Assembly: GCA_963822945.1 (NCBI GenBank)
Contig: CAWGJO010000020.1
Span: forward strand, 96,001 to 160,000
Direction of reading: 5' to 3'
DNA length: 64,000 nucleotides
Source of the DNA: an uncultured Gemmatimonadaceae bacterium
GTDB lineage: Bacteria > Gemmatimonadota > Gemmatimonadetes > Gemmatimonadales > Gemmatimonadaceae
Shown here: positions 26,484 through 39,791 of the stretch, piece by piece
Layout of the letters: each line of letters starts with the position of its first letter
Position numbering within the stretch: position 1 is the first letter of the stretch
The notes under the pieces: generated by a model
What the model was told of the DNA's origin: nothing
The model's database searches: none
Seen by the model: the letters and a program-made list of their open reading frames with translations, nothing else
Program-made: the position numbers and the translations under genes

Positions 26484-27820
26484 GCCGCGGGCGACCCGGG
26501 CTTCCCATTCTGGACGGCGGCGCCCAGCTGGCGAACCATGGCCACCGCGCTCGACGGGCAGACCTCGCGGAACTCTTCGGTGGCGTTCACCTCCGGCGGC
26601 ACGTCGTCGCGCGAGATGACCGAGAATCCGAAGCTCGGAAAGTAGCGTTCCGCGGTGGTGGTCAGCAGATACATGGCCCGCCGCCCACGAGCCTCGGCTT
26701 CGGCGATCAGCCGGGCGACCAGGGCGCGGCCGACGCCGCGACGCTTCCACTCGGGCGTCACCGCCACCGAGCGCAGCAGCACGTCGTCGCAACAGTCCTC
26801 GAGTCCGCCCACGCCGACCATCACGCCGCCCGATTCGGCGACGACGAATCCCGACGCCGGGCGCGCCAGCGCGTCGCGCACGCCGGCCACGGGAAGGCCG
26901 GACTGCGAGAGCAGCGCCTCGATCGCGTCCGTATCCGATGGGTTCGCATCGCGCAGCGAGAACGTCGCCGGCTTGCCGGCCCGCACGAACGCGGCGCCCA
27001 CACGCCCCGCCACTTCGGCCGCTACGCGGTCGACGTCGAGCCCCGTGTTCGCCAGGAAGGCGCGCGCATCTTCGATCTCGTACAGGCGCGTCATCTCCAC
27101 GCTGGCGTTCGTGAATCCGGCGTCCCGCAACAGCGACAGGAACTCGGAGTCCTGCAGCGCCCCCGCCACGCATCCCACCCACAGCTCCATGCTGCGCTTC
27201 ACGTCGGCCGGGAGTTCGCCCTGCACCACGACGTCGGACACGGCGAACCGGCCCCCGGGCTTGAGTACGCGGAACGCCTCGCGCAATACGCGCGGCTTGT
27301 CACCCGACAGATTGATCACGCAGTTCGAGATGATCACGTCCACCGAGGCGTCCGGCAGCGGAATCTCCTCGATATGGCCGCGAAGGAATTCCACGTTGGT
27401 GACGCCGGCCTCCGCCGCGTTGCGACGCGCCAGGTCGAGCATCTGGTCGGTCATGTCGAGCCCGTACGCCTTTCCCGTCGGTCCCACGCGTCGCGCCGAA
27501 AGCAGGACGTCGATCCCGCCGCCCGAGCCGAGGTCGAGCACCACCTCGCCCTCGTGCAGCTCGGCGAGCGCGGTGGGGTTGCCGCATCCGAGCGACGCGA
27601 GCACCGCCATTTCGGGAAGCGCGTCGGTCTCGCCGCGCACATAGAGATTCGACGTGATCGGATCGACCGTACCGTCGAACGCCGCGCCGCCGCAGTTGCA
27701 GCTCAGCGGACTGCAGCATCCGCCGTCAGCGTCGCTCGCGACGCGATCGAGTACGCGGAGCGCCGCGGCGCCGTACTTCTCCTGAACGGTCGTGGTGAGG
27801 TCTTCACGCGAAGTGGACAT
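26480..27820 (-). CDS. arsM: Arsenite S-adenosylmethionine methyltransferase fused to a C-terminal GNAT (ArsN2-like) domain
   Basis: [22 protein letters not shown] and WVGCVAGA motifs; then [22 protein letters not shown] and [16 protein letters not shown] before ATG 27820. Confidence 0.92.
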   Translation of the reverse strand: MSTSREDLTTTVQEKYGAAALRVLDRVASDADGGCCSPLSCNCGGAAFDGTVDPITSNLYVRGETDALPEMAVLASLGCGNPTALAELHEGEVVLDLGSGGGIDVLLSARRVGPTGKAYGLDMTDQMLDLARRNAAEAGVTNVEFLRGHIEEIPLPDASVDVIISNCVINLSGDKPRVLREAFRVLKPGGRFAVSDVVVQGELPADVKRSMELWVGCVAGALQDSEFLSLLRDAGFTNASVEMTRLYEIEDARAFLANTGLDVDRVAAEVAGRVGAAFVRAGKPATFSLRDANPSDTDAIEALLSQSGLPVAGVRDALARPASGFVVAESGGVMVGVGGLEDCCDDVLLRSVAVTPEWKRRGVGRALVARLIAEAEARGRRAMYLLTTTAERYFPSFGFSVISRDDVPPEVNATEEFREVCPSSAVAMVRQLGAAVQNGKPGSPAA

Positions 27821-27833
27821 GTATTCTCCGTCG

Positions 27834-27849
27834 ATCAACAATTGTTGAT
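27834..27849. promoter_or_regulatory. ArsR-type operator upstream of arsM
   Basis: Perfect palindrome ATCAACAATTGTTGAT (ATCAA-N6-TTGAT) immediately upstream of the arsM SD. Confidence 0.8.
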
Positions 27850-27888
27850 GTGTCAGGCAAATGGCTTGCCGTGAATGAGGTCATGGAA

Positions 27889-28221
27889 TCAGCCGCAGCA
27901 GCGCCCTCGGCGCTGGACGGGCAGTTCACCCCGCTTCGGCTCCAGTGAGACCGCCAGATCGTGCACTTCGGCCACGGCGCCGGGGGCGATGGAGTAGTAC
28001 GACCACCGGCCCTCCCGGCGGTCGGTGACCAGACCGGCGTCCTTCAACACGCGCAGATGAAACGACAGGCGCGATTGCGCCGCCCCGAGTTGATCCTGGA
28101 GTTCGCAGACGCACTGCTCGCCGCTCCGCAGCATCTCCAGGACGGCGAGACGTGTGGAGTCCGAGAGCGCGTGGAACAACGCTGCGGCGCGTTCGAGATC
28201 GAGGGTGGCGGTGGCCGGCAT
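27889..28221 (-). CDS. arsR: ArsR/SmtB family As(III)-sensing repressor
   Basis: FHALSDSTRL, CVCEL, SRLSFHLRVL, REGRW.YY motifs and a C-terminal CC. Confidence 0.95.
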   Translation of the reverse strand: MPATATLDLERAAALFHALSDSTRLAVLEMLRSGEQCVCELQDQLGAAQSRLSFHLRVLKDAGLVTDRREGRWSYYSIAPGAVAEVHDLAVSLEPKRGELPVQRRGRCCG

Positions 28222-28228
28222 GACGGAC

Positions 28229-28258
28229 AAATTAGATCAACGGAAATTGATTTGTCAA
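28229..28258 (-). promoter_or_regulatory. Sigma70-type ars promoter with an ArsR operator in the spacer
   Basis: On -: TTGACA-N18-TAATTT, then 7 nt to the arsR ATG. ATCAA-CGGAAA-TTGAT at 28236-28251. Confidence 0.78.
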
Positions 28259-28326
28259 GCGGCGCCGACGCGCGCGTGAATCACAGGCCAGTGGCGGCGG
28301 GCGGCGGATCCAGCCCGCCCGGCGGG

Positions 28327-28584
28327 TCAGCGGGCGCCGAGCGGTTGCGGCGCGTCGCCCTCGCGGGCAATGAGCAGCAACTGCTTCCCGATCACGTGGT
28401 GGGCCACGAAGAGGGCGAGCGTCACCCCGCCCAGCGCGAGCCACGTGACGTGCGCCGTCGTCGTGTCCATGCCGCCGGTGGGGGTCCGCCGGCTGGTATA
28501 CGCGACCAGCAGGAACGCGCCGATGATGCCCGACGCGGCAGTGTAGGCTCCGACTCCCAGCAGACGGGCGATCAATTTCGGCAT
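28327..28584 (-). CDS. Small two-TM membrane protein
   Basis: GGGAG SD; MPKLIARLLG...; two hydrophobic helices; 85 aa. Confidence 0.6.
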   Translation of the reverse strand: MPKLIARLLGVGAYTAASGIIGAFLLVAYTSRRTPTGGMDTTTAHVTWLALGGVTLALFVAHHVIGKQLLLIAREGDAPQPLGAR

Positions 28585-28630
28585 CGACGACAGCTCCCGG
28601 ATTCTGTTGAACGGTATGCGTGGTAATCTG

Positions 28631-30695
28631 TCATGGCCGGGGCGCGGCGTCGAGGGCGGGCGCCAGTACGGACCGACCACCGCACGGACGGATCCGCCCG
28701 GCGTCTGTTCCGCCCAGGCCCGGTACCACGTCCGGTCACCGAACCTCGAGCGCAGCGCCTCGTTCCGATCGCCGAGATCCGCGGCGTAGATGACATCGCC
28801 GTTCAGGTGGCCTGCCGGCCCGATGGGCTCGAGCAGGAGTCCGACACCGAACGGAAGGCCGCCGTACTTCGCATCGGAGGCGAGCGCCTCCTTGCATTCC
28901 GGCGTGAGCGAGAACTCCGACGAGATGTGGATGGCGGGATCGAGCGCATGGATGGGAGCGGCGCCCGGCGCGTAGGTGGCGATCCGCTCGGCCGCGAACC
29001 TGGCGCGCTCGCTCGGCGGCTGCGTCGTGTCCGCCTCGGCCATACTGCACCGCCGAGAGCACGGAACAGGCGTCGCCGTGCGCGAACACCTGGGCGGCGG
29101 CCGTGCGCGTGAACCCGATCCCCCAGAGTCGCCGCATGAGGCGCGCACTGAACGGTTCGTGGACCAGCACCAGGGCGTGGTGCGCGCCCGCGGCGCGCGG
29201 GCGGCCGACGCGAGATCGACCTTGAAGCTGTCGCGGCTGCCGTGCACCTGGCGCACCATGCCGATGGCGCCGTACGGCCCCATGGGGATCGCCACGCGAC
29301 AGCGATGCACGCCAGTACGCCAAGCGGCGCCGCGTGACGCCAGTACCCGCCCCACCGATCGGCGATCAGGAAGGGGGCGCGGGCGAGCAGCACGATCACC
29401 ACCGGCACGACGGTGTACAGGAAGCGCGGCCCGAGAAACTGCCCGTCGTGCCAGTACAGGGCGTAGGCCAGCAACTGCGCGCCGAACAGTCCGAGGAGGA
29501 GCGCATCCCACCGCGTCACGCGGCGCATCGAGATCAGCCCGGCAACGGCAACGAGGAGCGCGGGCACCGGCCACTGCACAACGAAGGTATTGAGTTCGTT
29601 CACGTACCTGGCCGCACGCGCCGCCGCTGCCAGCGGGGTGTACGCCTGTCCCTGCGGATCGACGTGAAAGCCGAGCCGGTGCGCCGGGCCCCACATCACT
29701 TCATAGGCAAAATGGAACATGCCGCCGGTGGTCGCCCAGTTGGCGTACAGCAACGGGGCCACGCCCACCGCGCCCAGCACGATCTCCACCAGCAGGTCGC
29801 GCCAGCGCTGCGGTTCGCGCCGGAGCACGGTCAGTTGGAACACGCCGACGCCGGCCGCGACCACGACGGCGTCGAGCGGGCGGATGGTGGCCATGAATCC
29901 CACCGCCAGTCCCATGCCGGCCGCGATGAGCAACCGGCGGAGGGTCGTGGTGGCGCGATCCCATTCCGCGAGCAGTGCCAGCGTACCCACCGTGAGAAAG
30001 AGCACCGGCACGTGATTCATGTAGCTGGCCGACATCAACAGCGTGAGCGGCGCCAGCGTGAACAGCGCCGCCACCGCGCGGCCCTGTGTCTCGCCGAATG
30101 CACGCCGAGCGAAGTGGTAGAGCGCCATGACCGTGAACGCCCCCAACAGTGGATCGAGCAGCCAGGGCGCGTGCATCAGGTACCCGAGCGTCAGCACCAG
30201 CGGGCCGCCGATGGGATACTGCGAGAGCCACGCGCCGCGATCGATCACGTTGTCCACGGCGAAGAACTCGAAGTTCGGATCGGCCGGCAGCGACAGACGG
30301 CCGTGCAGGAGAATGCGGGCGTGCCACAACTGCGCGATCTCGTCCTCCGTGATCGGCGCGAAGCGATACGCGTAATACGCGAGCCCCACGCACAATCCGG
30401 CGAACAGCAGGCCCACGAGGAGCGCGAAGACGATCGGCGGGGGACGCCGCAGCAACCGAACGGCGCGGTCGGGGAGGGCGCGCAGCCAGGCGAACGGCAT
30501 GGCGGCCAGCGCCAGCACCGGGCCGAGCGTGAGCACGCCGGCCCCCACCCAGTAGTGCAGATTCTGGCGCGCGATGCCGGCGTGGTTGGGCATCAGCAGC
30601 GGCAGCGGGTAGAAGCCGATGGCGATCAGGGCCAATGCCGCCACGACGGCGAGTGGGGCAATCGTCCGCGGGGAATCGCGACCGGGTGAGGTCAC
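28631..30695 (-). CDS. GT-C (ArnT/PMT-like) membrane glycosyltransferase; several apparent frameshifts in the 3' third, end uncertain
   Basis: TEDE acidic motif after the N-terminal TMs, QYPIG and GPRF motifs, many TMs. Protein-like reading switches frame near 29292, 29195 and 29040. Confidence 0.7.
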
Positions 30696-32170
30696 CGTCC
30701 ACGCCCCCGGCGCTCGGCCACGTACACGTTGCCGTCCGCGGCATGCATGGCCGGGGCCACCGGACCGAACCGCGCCGTATCCACCATGCCGTTGGCGATT
30801 GCCCAGGGGAGGGTCTGCCCGTACGCAGCGTTCAAGACGATGATCTCCCGCGTGGCGACGCTGTCGGGGGTGGAAAGCAGTGCCGTGTCGGCTCCGGCAC
30901 GCAGCATGTAGTAACGCAGCGGCGCGCTGGACGGAATGGCCGCCAGCACGCGGTCTCCCGGTTGGGTCTGCGTGGCCAGCACCGCCGCAATCTGCTCGGC
31001 GCCGGCGAACACGCCCGACTGGCGCATGGCGCCCACGGCATCGGTGGCGAGTCCCCACGACACGCCGGCCACGGCCACGGCCACGGCGAACGCCGGCATG
31101 TACGGGCGCAGGACGCGCCCGCGAAGCCTCGACACCAGCGCGTCGCCCAGCGTGCCCGCCGCCAACGCCACGACCGGAAGCAGCCACAGCCAGATGCGCG
31201 CGAAGGGGGCCCGGTGCGTGGCGAGCAGCAGGATCGCGCACCACACGTACGCCGCCAGCGTGACCGATATGCCCTCATCGGATACGCGCGTCGACCACAC
31301 GACGCCGGCGAGCGCCAGCACGCCGAGCAGCACCGCCACGGCGAGCGGGTACGGTTGCGACCACGAGTCCAGCATGCGTGCCAGGCTCGGCGTGAGCTGC
31401 GCGAAGAACTGCGGCCAGCCGGACGGCGAGACGAACGGGTTGGCCACGATGGCATCGATGCCGTGAGCGGCGATGATCGGGAGGTAGACGAGCAACGCGA
31501 GCGCCACGGCCCCAACGAGCGACGCGCCGAGTCCCACGAGCCCACGCCAGGCCCGCCACCCCCGGTCCACGCACAGCACGAGGGCCAGCCAGAGCGCGAC
31601 CGCGCCCAGCGGATACAGCATGACCGGGATGGCCGCCAGGCCCGCCGCCGCGATGAGCGCGAAGGCCACCCACTCACAGCACTGCGCGCCGTGGTGCCGG
31701 ATGCGCGCCCCGATGAGCAGCAGGGACAGATAGGCGGCGATCACGACGGCGTACCCGCGCGCGTTCGCCGAATACAGGATGAGCGGAGTGGCGCCCGCCG
31801 TCAGGGCAGCCCCGATGAGCGCCGCGGTCCGCGTGAACAGCACCCGGCCCACCGCGAACGTGAGCGGCACGATCGCGACGCCGATGACGAATGCGGGCAG
31901 CCGCAGAGCCCACGGCGCCCCGCCGCCGAGCGGGGCGACGAGCTTTGCCATCACCGAGTACAGCAGATGGTTGCTGGGAAACGGATAGGCGGTGATCGTG
32001 GTGGCCCACGGTTGGCCGACGAAATACAGGTAGCTGACCGACTCGTCGTAGCGCATCGGTTGGCCGAGGGCGAAGAAGCGCGCCACGCCGCCGGCGAGCA
32101 CGATGCCCAGCAGCGCCAGCCGCGTGGGAAGATCCTCGGTGCGCCACCACCGCTGGAGCGCGGTGATCAT
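30692..32170 (-). CDS. GT-C (GT39/ArnT-like) membrane glycosyltransferase
   Basis: RYDES, NHLLYS, LRLPA and YSANARGYA motifs; multi-TM. Confidence 0.82.
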   Translation of the reverse strand: MITALQRWWRTEDLPTRLALLGIVLAGGVARFFALGQPMRYDESVSYLYFVGQPWATTITAYPFPSNHLLYSVMAKLVAPLGGGAPWALRLPAFVIGVAIVPLTFAVGRVLFTRTAALIGAALTAGATPLILYSANARGYAVVIAAYLSLLLIGARIRHHGAQCCEWVAFALIAAAGLAAIPVMLYPLGAVALWLALVLCVDRGWRAWRGLVGLGASLVGAVALALLVYLPIIAAHGIDAIVANPFVSPSGWPQFFAQLTPSLARMLDSWSQPYPLAVAVLLGVLALAGVVWSTRVSDEGISVTLAAYVWCAILLLATHRAPFARIWLWLLPVVALAAGTLGDALVSRLRGRVLRPYMPAFAVAVAVAGVSWGLATDAVGAMRQSGVFAGAEQIAAVLATQTQPGDRVLAAIPSSAPLRYYMLRAGADTALLSTPDSVATREIIVLNAAYGQTLPWAIANGMVDTARFGPVAPAMHAADGNVYVAERRGRGR

Positions 32171-33501
32171 GCGGGGCGGTACTCCTCCACGCCGGCCCGG
32201 CTCACGCGATGCGAGATCAACGGCAGGGGCGGCTCGGCGCTGTCCGCGATGACGATCGCCTCGCGCAGGCAGGCGAGACCCGCCGTCACGCCGGCGGCAT
32301 CGCGTGCAAAGACGGTGGCCAGCGGTTCGCCGGCGTCCACCACGTCGCCCGGCCGCGCCGTGATCACGAACCCGACCGACGGATCGACGGTATCGGTGAC
32401 CTGTGTGCGGCCGCCGCCCAACTGCGTGATCCCGTAGCCGATGATGCGCGGCGCGACGCCGGCCACGACCCCGGCGCGGGCGGCCACGTGGATCTCGCAC
32501 GCCGCGGCCTGGGGCAGGAGTGCCGGGTCGTTGACGACGGCCGGGTTGCCCCCCTGCGCCTCGATGATGCGCTCGAACTGGCGCGCGGCGCGCCCGTCGG
32601 TGATGGCCGCTTCCATCCGGCCACGCGCCTCCCGCGCATCGGCGGCGGCCCCGGCCAGCAACAGCATCTCGACGCCCAGCGCGAGGGTGAGCTCCATGAG
32701 GTCGGCCGGCCCTTCGCCGGTGAGCGCATGGATGGCCTCCTCCAGTTCCAACGCATTGCCGCACGCGCGGCCCAGCGGACGATCCATCGCGGTGAGCAGG
32801 GCGACGACGGGACAGCCGTGGTCGGCGCCGAGCGACACCATCGTGCGGGCGAGTTCCACCTCGGCATCGAGTTCGGTGAGGAAGGCGCCCCCGCCCCGCT
32901 TCACGTCGAGCACCAGACCGGTGAGTCCCTCGGCGAGCTTCTTGCTCATGATGCTGGCGGCGATCAGCGGGATGGCCTCTACCGTCGCGGTGGCATCGCG
33001 CAACGCATACATCTTCCGGTCCGCGGGAGCGATCTCTTCGGTCTGTCCCATGAGCGCGCACCCGATCCGCTCCACCTGGGCTCGCGCTTCGGCCAACGAC
33101 AGCCGGGTGCGGAACCCGGGAATGGACTCGAGCTTGTCGAGCGTACCGCCGGTGTGGCCGAGCCCGCGGCCCGACATCATGGGCACGGCGACGTCGAGGC
33201 AGGAAACGAGCGGCGCGAGCACGAGCGAAACCTTGTCGCCCACGCCGCCGGTAGAATGCTTGTCGATGCGCGGGCGATGCAGGTGGGACAGATCGAGGCG
33301 GCCGCCGCTGTCGAGCATGGCCTCGGTGAGCGCCGCCGTCTCCCCGCGATCGAGACCGCGGATGAAGCACGCCATCAGGAAGGCGGACATCTGGTAGTCG
33401 GCGATCTCCCCCGCCGCGTAGGCGCGGATGAACGCCTCCCATTCGTCCGGCGCCAGACGGCCACCGTCGCGTTTCTTCTCGATCGTTCGCCTTGCGTCCA
33501 T
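32167..33501 (-). CDS. pdp: Pyrimidine-nucleoside/thymidine phosphorylase
   Basis: DKHSTGGVGDK, SGRGLGHTGGTLDKLESIPG and SIMSKK motifs. Confidence 0.96.
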   Translation of the reverse strand: MDARRTIEKKRDGGRLAPDEWEAFIRAYAAGEIADYQMSAFLMACFIRGLDRGETAALTEAMLDSGGRLDLSHLHRPRIDKHSTGGVGDKVSLVLAPLVSCLDVAVPMMSGRGLGHTGGTLDKLESIPGFRTRLSLAEARAQVERIGCALMGQTEEIAPADRKMYALRDATATVEAIPLIAASIMSKKLAEGLTGLVLDVKRGGGAFLTELDAEVELARTMVSLGADHGCPVVALLTAMDRPLGRACGNALELEEAIHALTGEGPADLMELTLALGVEMLLLAGAAADAREARGRMEAAITDGRAARQFERIIEAQGGNPAVVNDPALLPQAAACEIHVAARAGVVAGVAPRIIGYGITQLGGGRTQVTDTVDPSVGFVITARPGDVVDAGEPLATVFARDAAGVTAGLACLREAIVIADSAEPPLPLISHRVSRAGVEEYRPA

Positions 33502-33616
33502 TGACCGGTTACCGGGGTATTTCTAACGTTGACGGGTGTGGGAAGACGCTGCTCGATCTGGCTCGGGCGGGCGCCTGTGCATACAGAGCCAGCCCCCCAA
33601 CTCAGGAGTCGTCCAG

Positions 33617-34387
33617 ATGAAGCTCGAACTCGCGGTGGCCGTGGTGTTGCTGAGCATCGGCGGCGCCGCCCGGGCCCAGACCGCCGCCGACGCGATCGCC
33701 CTCGGCGACAGCGCCGCGGCGGCGCTCGACGCGCAGGGTGCGCTCGCCCACTACCAGGCTGCCATTGAACTCGATTCCGTGAATGCCGAAGCCCTCTGGA
33801 AGGCGGCGCGCGAAGCCGTGGACCTGGGTGAGGCTGCGGGATTCGCCCACCAGGACAACGCGCGCGACAGTCTCTACAAGCTCGGTGAACAATATGCCAA
33901 CCGCGCCGTTCAGGCGAACCCGAACGTCGCCGTCACGCACTTCACCCTGGCCAAGGCACTGGGCCGCGCCGCGCTCGCGCTCGGCAGCCGGGAGCGGGTG
34001 AAGTACGCCAAGCGGGTGCGCGAGCAGGCGCTGGACGCGCTGAAGCTGGATTCGCTGGACGACGGGGCGTGGCACGTGATGGGCGTCTGGAACGCCGAGA
34101 TCATGCGGCTGAACACGTTCACGCGCTTCTTTGCCAAGACCCTGCTCGGCGGCGGCGTGCTGGGCGAGGCCAGCTGGGGCAACGCCCAACGTGATCTGGA
34201 ACACGCCGTGGCCCTACAGCCGACGCGCATTGTACACCATCTTGATCTGGCGCGGGTGTACGCCGACGTGGGAGACAAGGCGAAGGCGCGCGAGCAATAC
34301 GAGTTGGTGCTCTCGCTGCCCGCGACCGAGTTCAACGACACCAACTACAAGCACGAAGCCGAGCAGGCCCTGGCCAAACTGCGGTAG
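33617..34387 (+). CDS. Secreted TPR-like alpha-helical protein
   Basis: AGGAG SD, signal peptide ARA|Q, repeated TPR-like helices (A..HYQAAIELD, LEHAVALQP). Confidence 0.8.
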   Translation: MKLELAVAVVLLSIGGAARAQTAADAIALGDSAAAALDAQGALAHYQAAIELDSVNAEALWKAAREAVDLGEAAGFAHQDNARDSLYKLGEQYANRAVQANPNVAVTHFTLAKALGRAALALGSRERVKYAKRVREQALDALKLDSLDDGAWHVMGVWNAEIMRLNTFTRFFAKTLLGGGVLGEASWGNAQRDLEHAVALQPTRIVHHLDLARVYADVGDKAKAREQYELVLSLPATEFNDTNYKHEAEQALAKLR

Positions 34388-34398
34388 GACGGGACTCC

Positions 34399-35210
34399 AT
34401 GGAATCAAATACCGAGCACTCCGAAGGCCTCGCGCTGAGCGGGGAGGATGAGAACGCGCCGGAGGTGGAACGACTGCGGGCGCAGGTCGCCGACCTGCGG
34501 CGCGAGCGCGACCACCTGGTCGCGGTCGTCGACATTCTGCAGGAGATCTCCTCGTCGCTGCATTTCGTGGACATCCTGCAGGCGATCGCCGGCAAGCTGG
34601 GCGAGGCGTTCGGGCTCGACCGCTGCGCCATCTTCCTGTCCGGGAACAAGGACGAGGTGCGCCTGGTGGCGAGCTACGAGGATCCGGCGATCCGCAACCT
34701 GGTGGTTGATCTCCGGCGGTATCCCGAACTCCAGCGGGCCTTCGATTCGGGGGAGACGGTGTTCATTCCCGACGCCACGTCCGACCCGATGCTCCGCGCC
34801 ATCAAGCCGGCGCTCGATACGCGCAACGTGCGGTCGATCATCGTCGTGCCGATCCGCTGGCAGGCGTCGGTGATCGGCGCGATCTTCCTGCGCACCGAAC
34901 GGGACGCGCAGCCGTTCAGCGACGCCGACGTGCACTTCTGCCAGGTGGTCGCCTCGCTGACCGCCAAGGCTCTGCGCAACGCGCACCGCTTCGAGGCCGC
35001 GATGCGCGCGCAGAACGACACCTCCCAGGCCCAGCGCAAGGCCGAGGTGCGCCGGGTGGCGATGCTCGCCTTCCTGCGCCGCCTCCTGGAACGTCACGCG
35101 ACGGCAGAGGCCGAGAGCTTCACCGACGGCGGGCTGTCGCGCGCGACCGACGAGGAACTCGACCGGCTGGTGTCGGTGGCTCTGCAGGTGCTCGACGAGG
35201 AGGCCAAGGG

Positions 35211-35214
<4 letters not shown>
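34399..35214 (+). CDS. Stand-alone GAF domain protein with flanking helices
   Basis: DRCAIFL, IPDATSDP, SIIVVPI, IGAIFL and FSDAD motifs; no output domain. Confidence 0.88.
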
Positions 35215-37837
<2,623 letters not shown>

Positions 37838-37841
<4 letters not shown>

Positions 37842-38371
37842 GAGATCTCCTTGAGCGCCTCGGCGTAGCGCGGATTCGGCATCAGGGCGCCGTCGACCAG
37901 CACCTCGCGGTCCCAGGGCAGGATGACGGTGCTCTGGGTGGCGATGGCGTGGTAGTCGGGGGCGTAGTCGCCCGTCCGGAAGGCCACGGCGGTCCGCACC
38001 TCGCCGGCACCGGCGTTGACCACCGCCGACACGGCCAGGCGCATCGTCGCTCCGCTGTCGCAGGTCTCGTCCACCAGCAGCACGCGCCGGCCGCGCACCT
38101 CGTGGGGCACCTGCCCGAACACCGCCGGCGTCTCGCGCACGTGTTCTGCCCGGTAGCGCCGGCTCACCAGCAGCGAATGGAACTCCACGTCGAGAATGGC
38201 GGCGATCACGGCCCCGGGCACGACCCCCGCCGTGGCGATGCCGATGACGATCTCGGGGTCATACTCGCGCGCCACCTTGAGCGCGAGGCTGCGCGAGAGT
38301 TCTCCGAACAGCGGCCATTCGACGTTGAACACGCCCTGCGAGGGTTCGACCGTGGTGCGGCGCGGCGACAT
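37838..38371 (-). CDS. Type I phosphoribosyltransferase family protein
   Basis: IGIATAGVVPG, PRPP loop VLLVDETCDSGATM, VILPWD; GGAGG SD. Confidence 0.9.
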
Positions 38372-38555
38372 GGGGGCCTCCTGGGCGGTAAGCAAGCGAC
38401 AGTGTCGGAAGGTATGCCGGGCGGAGCCCGGCTGGAAGCGCTCACCGGCGGTGATTGCCGTTGCTCCCGGTGCCGACAATCGGTAGGTTTGCCCACGAAC
38501 GGCGCACGGACGCGCGCGCGCGTTTCGCATCCCTCTCCCGCTCCCCAATCGCCGA

Positions 38556-39020
38556 ATGACCTGGTGGAGCCGCTTGTTGGGCGGCAAGTCGAATTCCGAC
38601 CTCAAACCGCAACGACTCGACTACCTGAACGAGGCGCTGGCGCTTGAGCGTCAGGGAGACTACGACGCGGCCCTGACCTCGTATCGGCTGGCGCTGCGCG
38701 ACCATCCGAACGACCCGAAGATTCTCCAGAACATGGCGATCGCGTATTCGCGAACCCATCGGCTGGAGGACGCGGTGCGTTGCTACCGCCGGGCACTGGA
38801 GTTGGCGCCGCACCTGTCGGGCGCCCACTACGGACTGGCCTTCCTGCTACTCAAGCGTGAGGACCGGGCCGGCGCCATCAAGCACCTGGATGCCTTCCTG
38901 GCCACGGCGCCGGCCGGGGGCGACACCACGCGCTGGGTGGAGCACGCCAAGCAGACGCTCGTCGAACTCCGGTCCCAACCGGACCCCGTGTCGCCGGATC
39001 CCCAAGCGCCCGAGGCTTAG
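38556..39020 (+). CDS. TPR protein
   Basis: Three TPR-like repeats (GDYDAALTSYRLAL, AVRCYRRALELAP). Confidence 0.85.
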   Translation: MTWWSRLLGGKSNSDLKPQRLDYLNEALALERQGDYDAALTSYRLALRDHPNDPKILQNMAIAYSRTHRLEDAVRCYRRALELAPHLSGAHYGLAFLLLKREDRAGAIKHLDAFLATAPAGGDTTRWVEHAKQTLVELRSQPDPVSPDPQAPEA

Positions 39021-39791
39021 GTGAACCACGTCCTGGCCGTCGTGAGTCAGAAGGGAGGCGTGGGCAAGACCACCACGGCCATCAACGTGGCGTCCACGTT
39101 TGCGGCGCGCGGCGTGAAGACGCTGCTCGTGGACATGGATCCCCAGGGGTCGGTGCGATTCGGCGTCGGCATGCCGGGGCCGGCCGCCGGTCCCGGCATT
39201 GCCGACTACCTGACCGGCGCCAGGGACCTGAAGGACATCGTGCGGCCCACGGTACTCCCCTTCCTGCGCGTGCTGCTGGCGGGCTCGGTGGCCGACACCG
39301 GCGACCACGCGACGTATCAGGCGCTGGTGGCGAGTTCCACCAGGCTGGGCGAACTGCTGGCGCGGGTGCGCGACCGCGGGTACCTCGTGGTGGTGGACAC
39401 GCCGCCGGGGATGGGGGCGGTGGTCCACCGCGTGCTGGCGACCTCCGACCGCGTGATCGTGCCGCTGCAGTGCGAGCCGCTGGCGCTCCAGACCACCTCC
39501 CAGATCCTCAAGGGAATCCGGTCGGCGGTGGCCGAGCACCCCCAGCTCAAGCTGGAGGGGATCGTCCTCACGATGTTCGAGGAACAGAACGCCCTCTCCC
39601 GGCGTATCGCCGAGTATGTGCAGCAGCAGCTTCCTCCCGATCTCGTGTTCGACGTGAGGATTCCCCGCACGGCGGCCACGGTGGAAGCGTTCGCGGCCGG
39701 CCAGCCCGTGGTGCTCCGCACGCCCGACGACCCGGCGTCGGTGGCCTACGGCGCGCTCGTCGACGCGCTCACCGAGCGATTCACGCAATGA
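39021..39791 (+). CDS. ParA/Soj family ATPase (orphan)
   Basis: Deviant Walker A QKGGVGKTT; DMDPQG, DTPP and IVPLQCE motifs. Confidence 0.92.
   Translation: MNHVLAVVSQKGGVGKTTTAINVASTFAARGVKTLLVDMDPQGSVRFGVGMPGPAAGPGIADYLTGARDLKDIVRPTVLPFLRVLLAGSVADTGDHATYQALVASSTRLGELLARVRDRGYLVVVDTPPGMGAVVHRVLATSDRVIVPLQCEPLALQTTSQILKGIRSAVAEHPQLKLEGIVLTMFEEQNALSRRIAEYVQQQLPPDLVFDVRIPRTAATVEAFAAGQPVVLRTPDDPASVAYGALVDALTERFTQ

Noticed and set aside
24878..28258. ars operon as a mobile island
   Set aside because: No integrase, transposase, tRNA or flanking direct repeats seen, and composition looks like the rest of the window.
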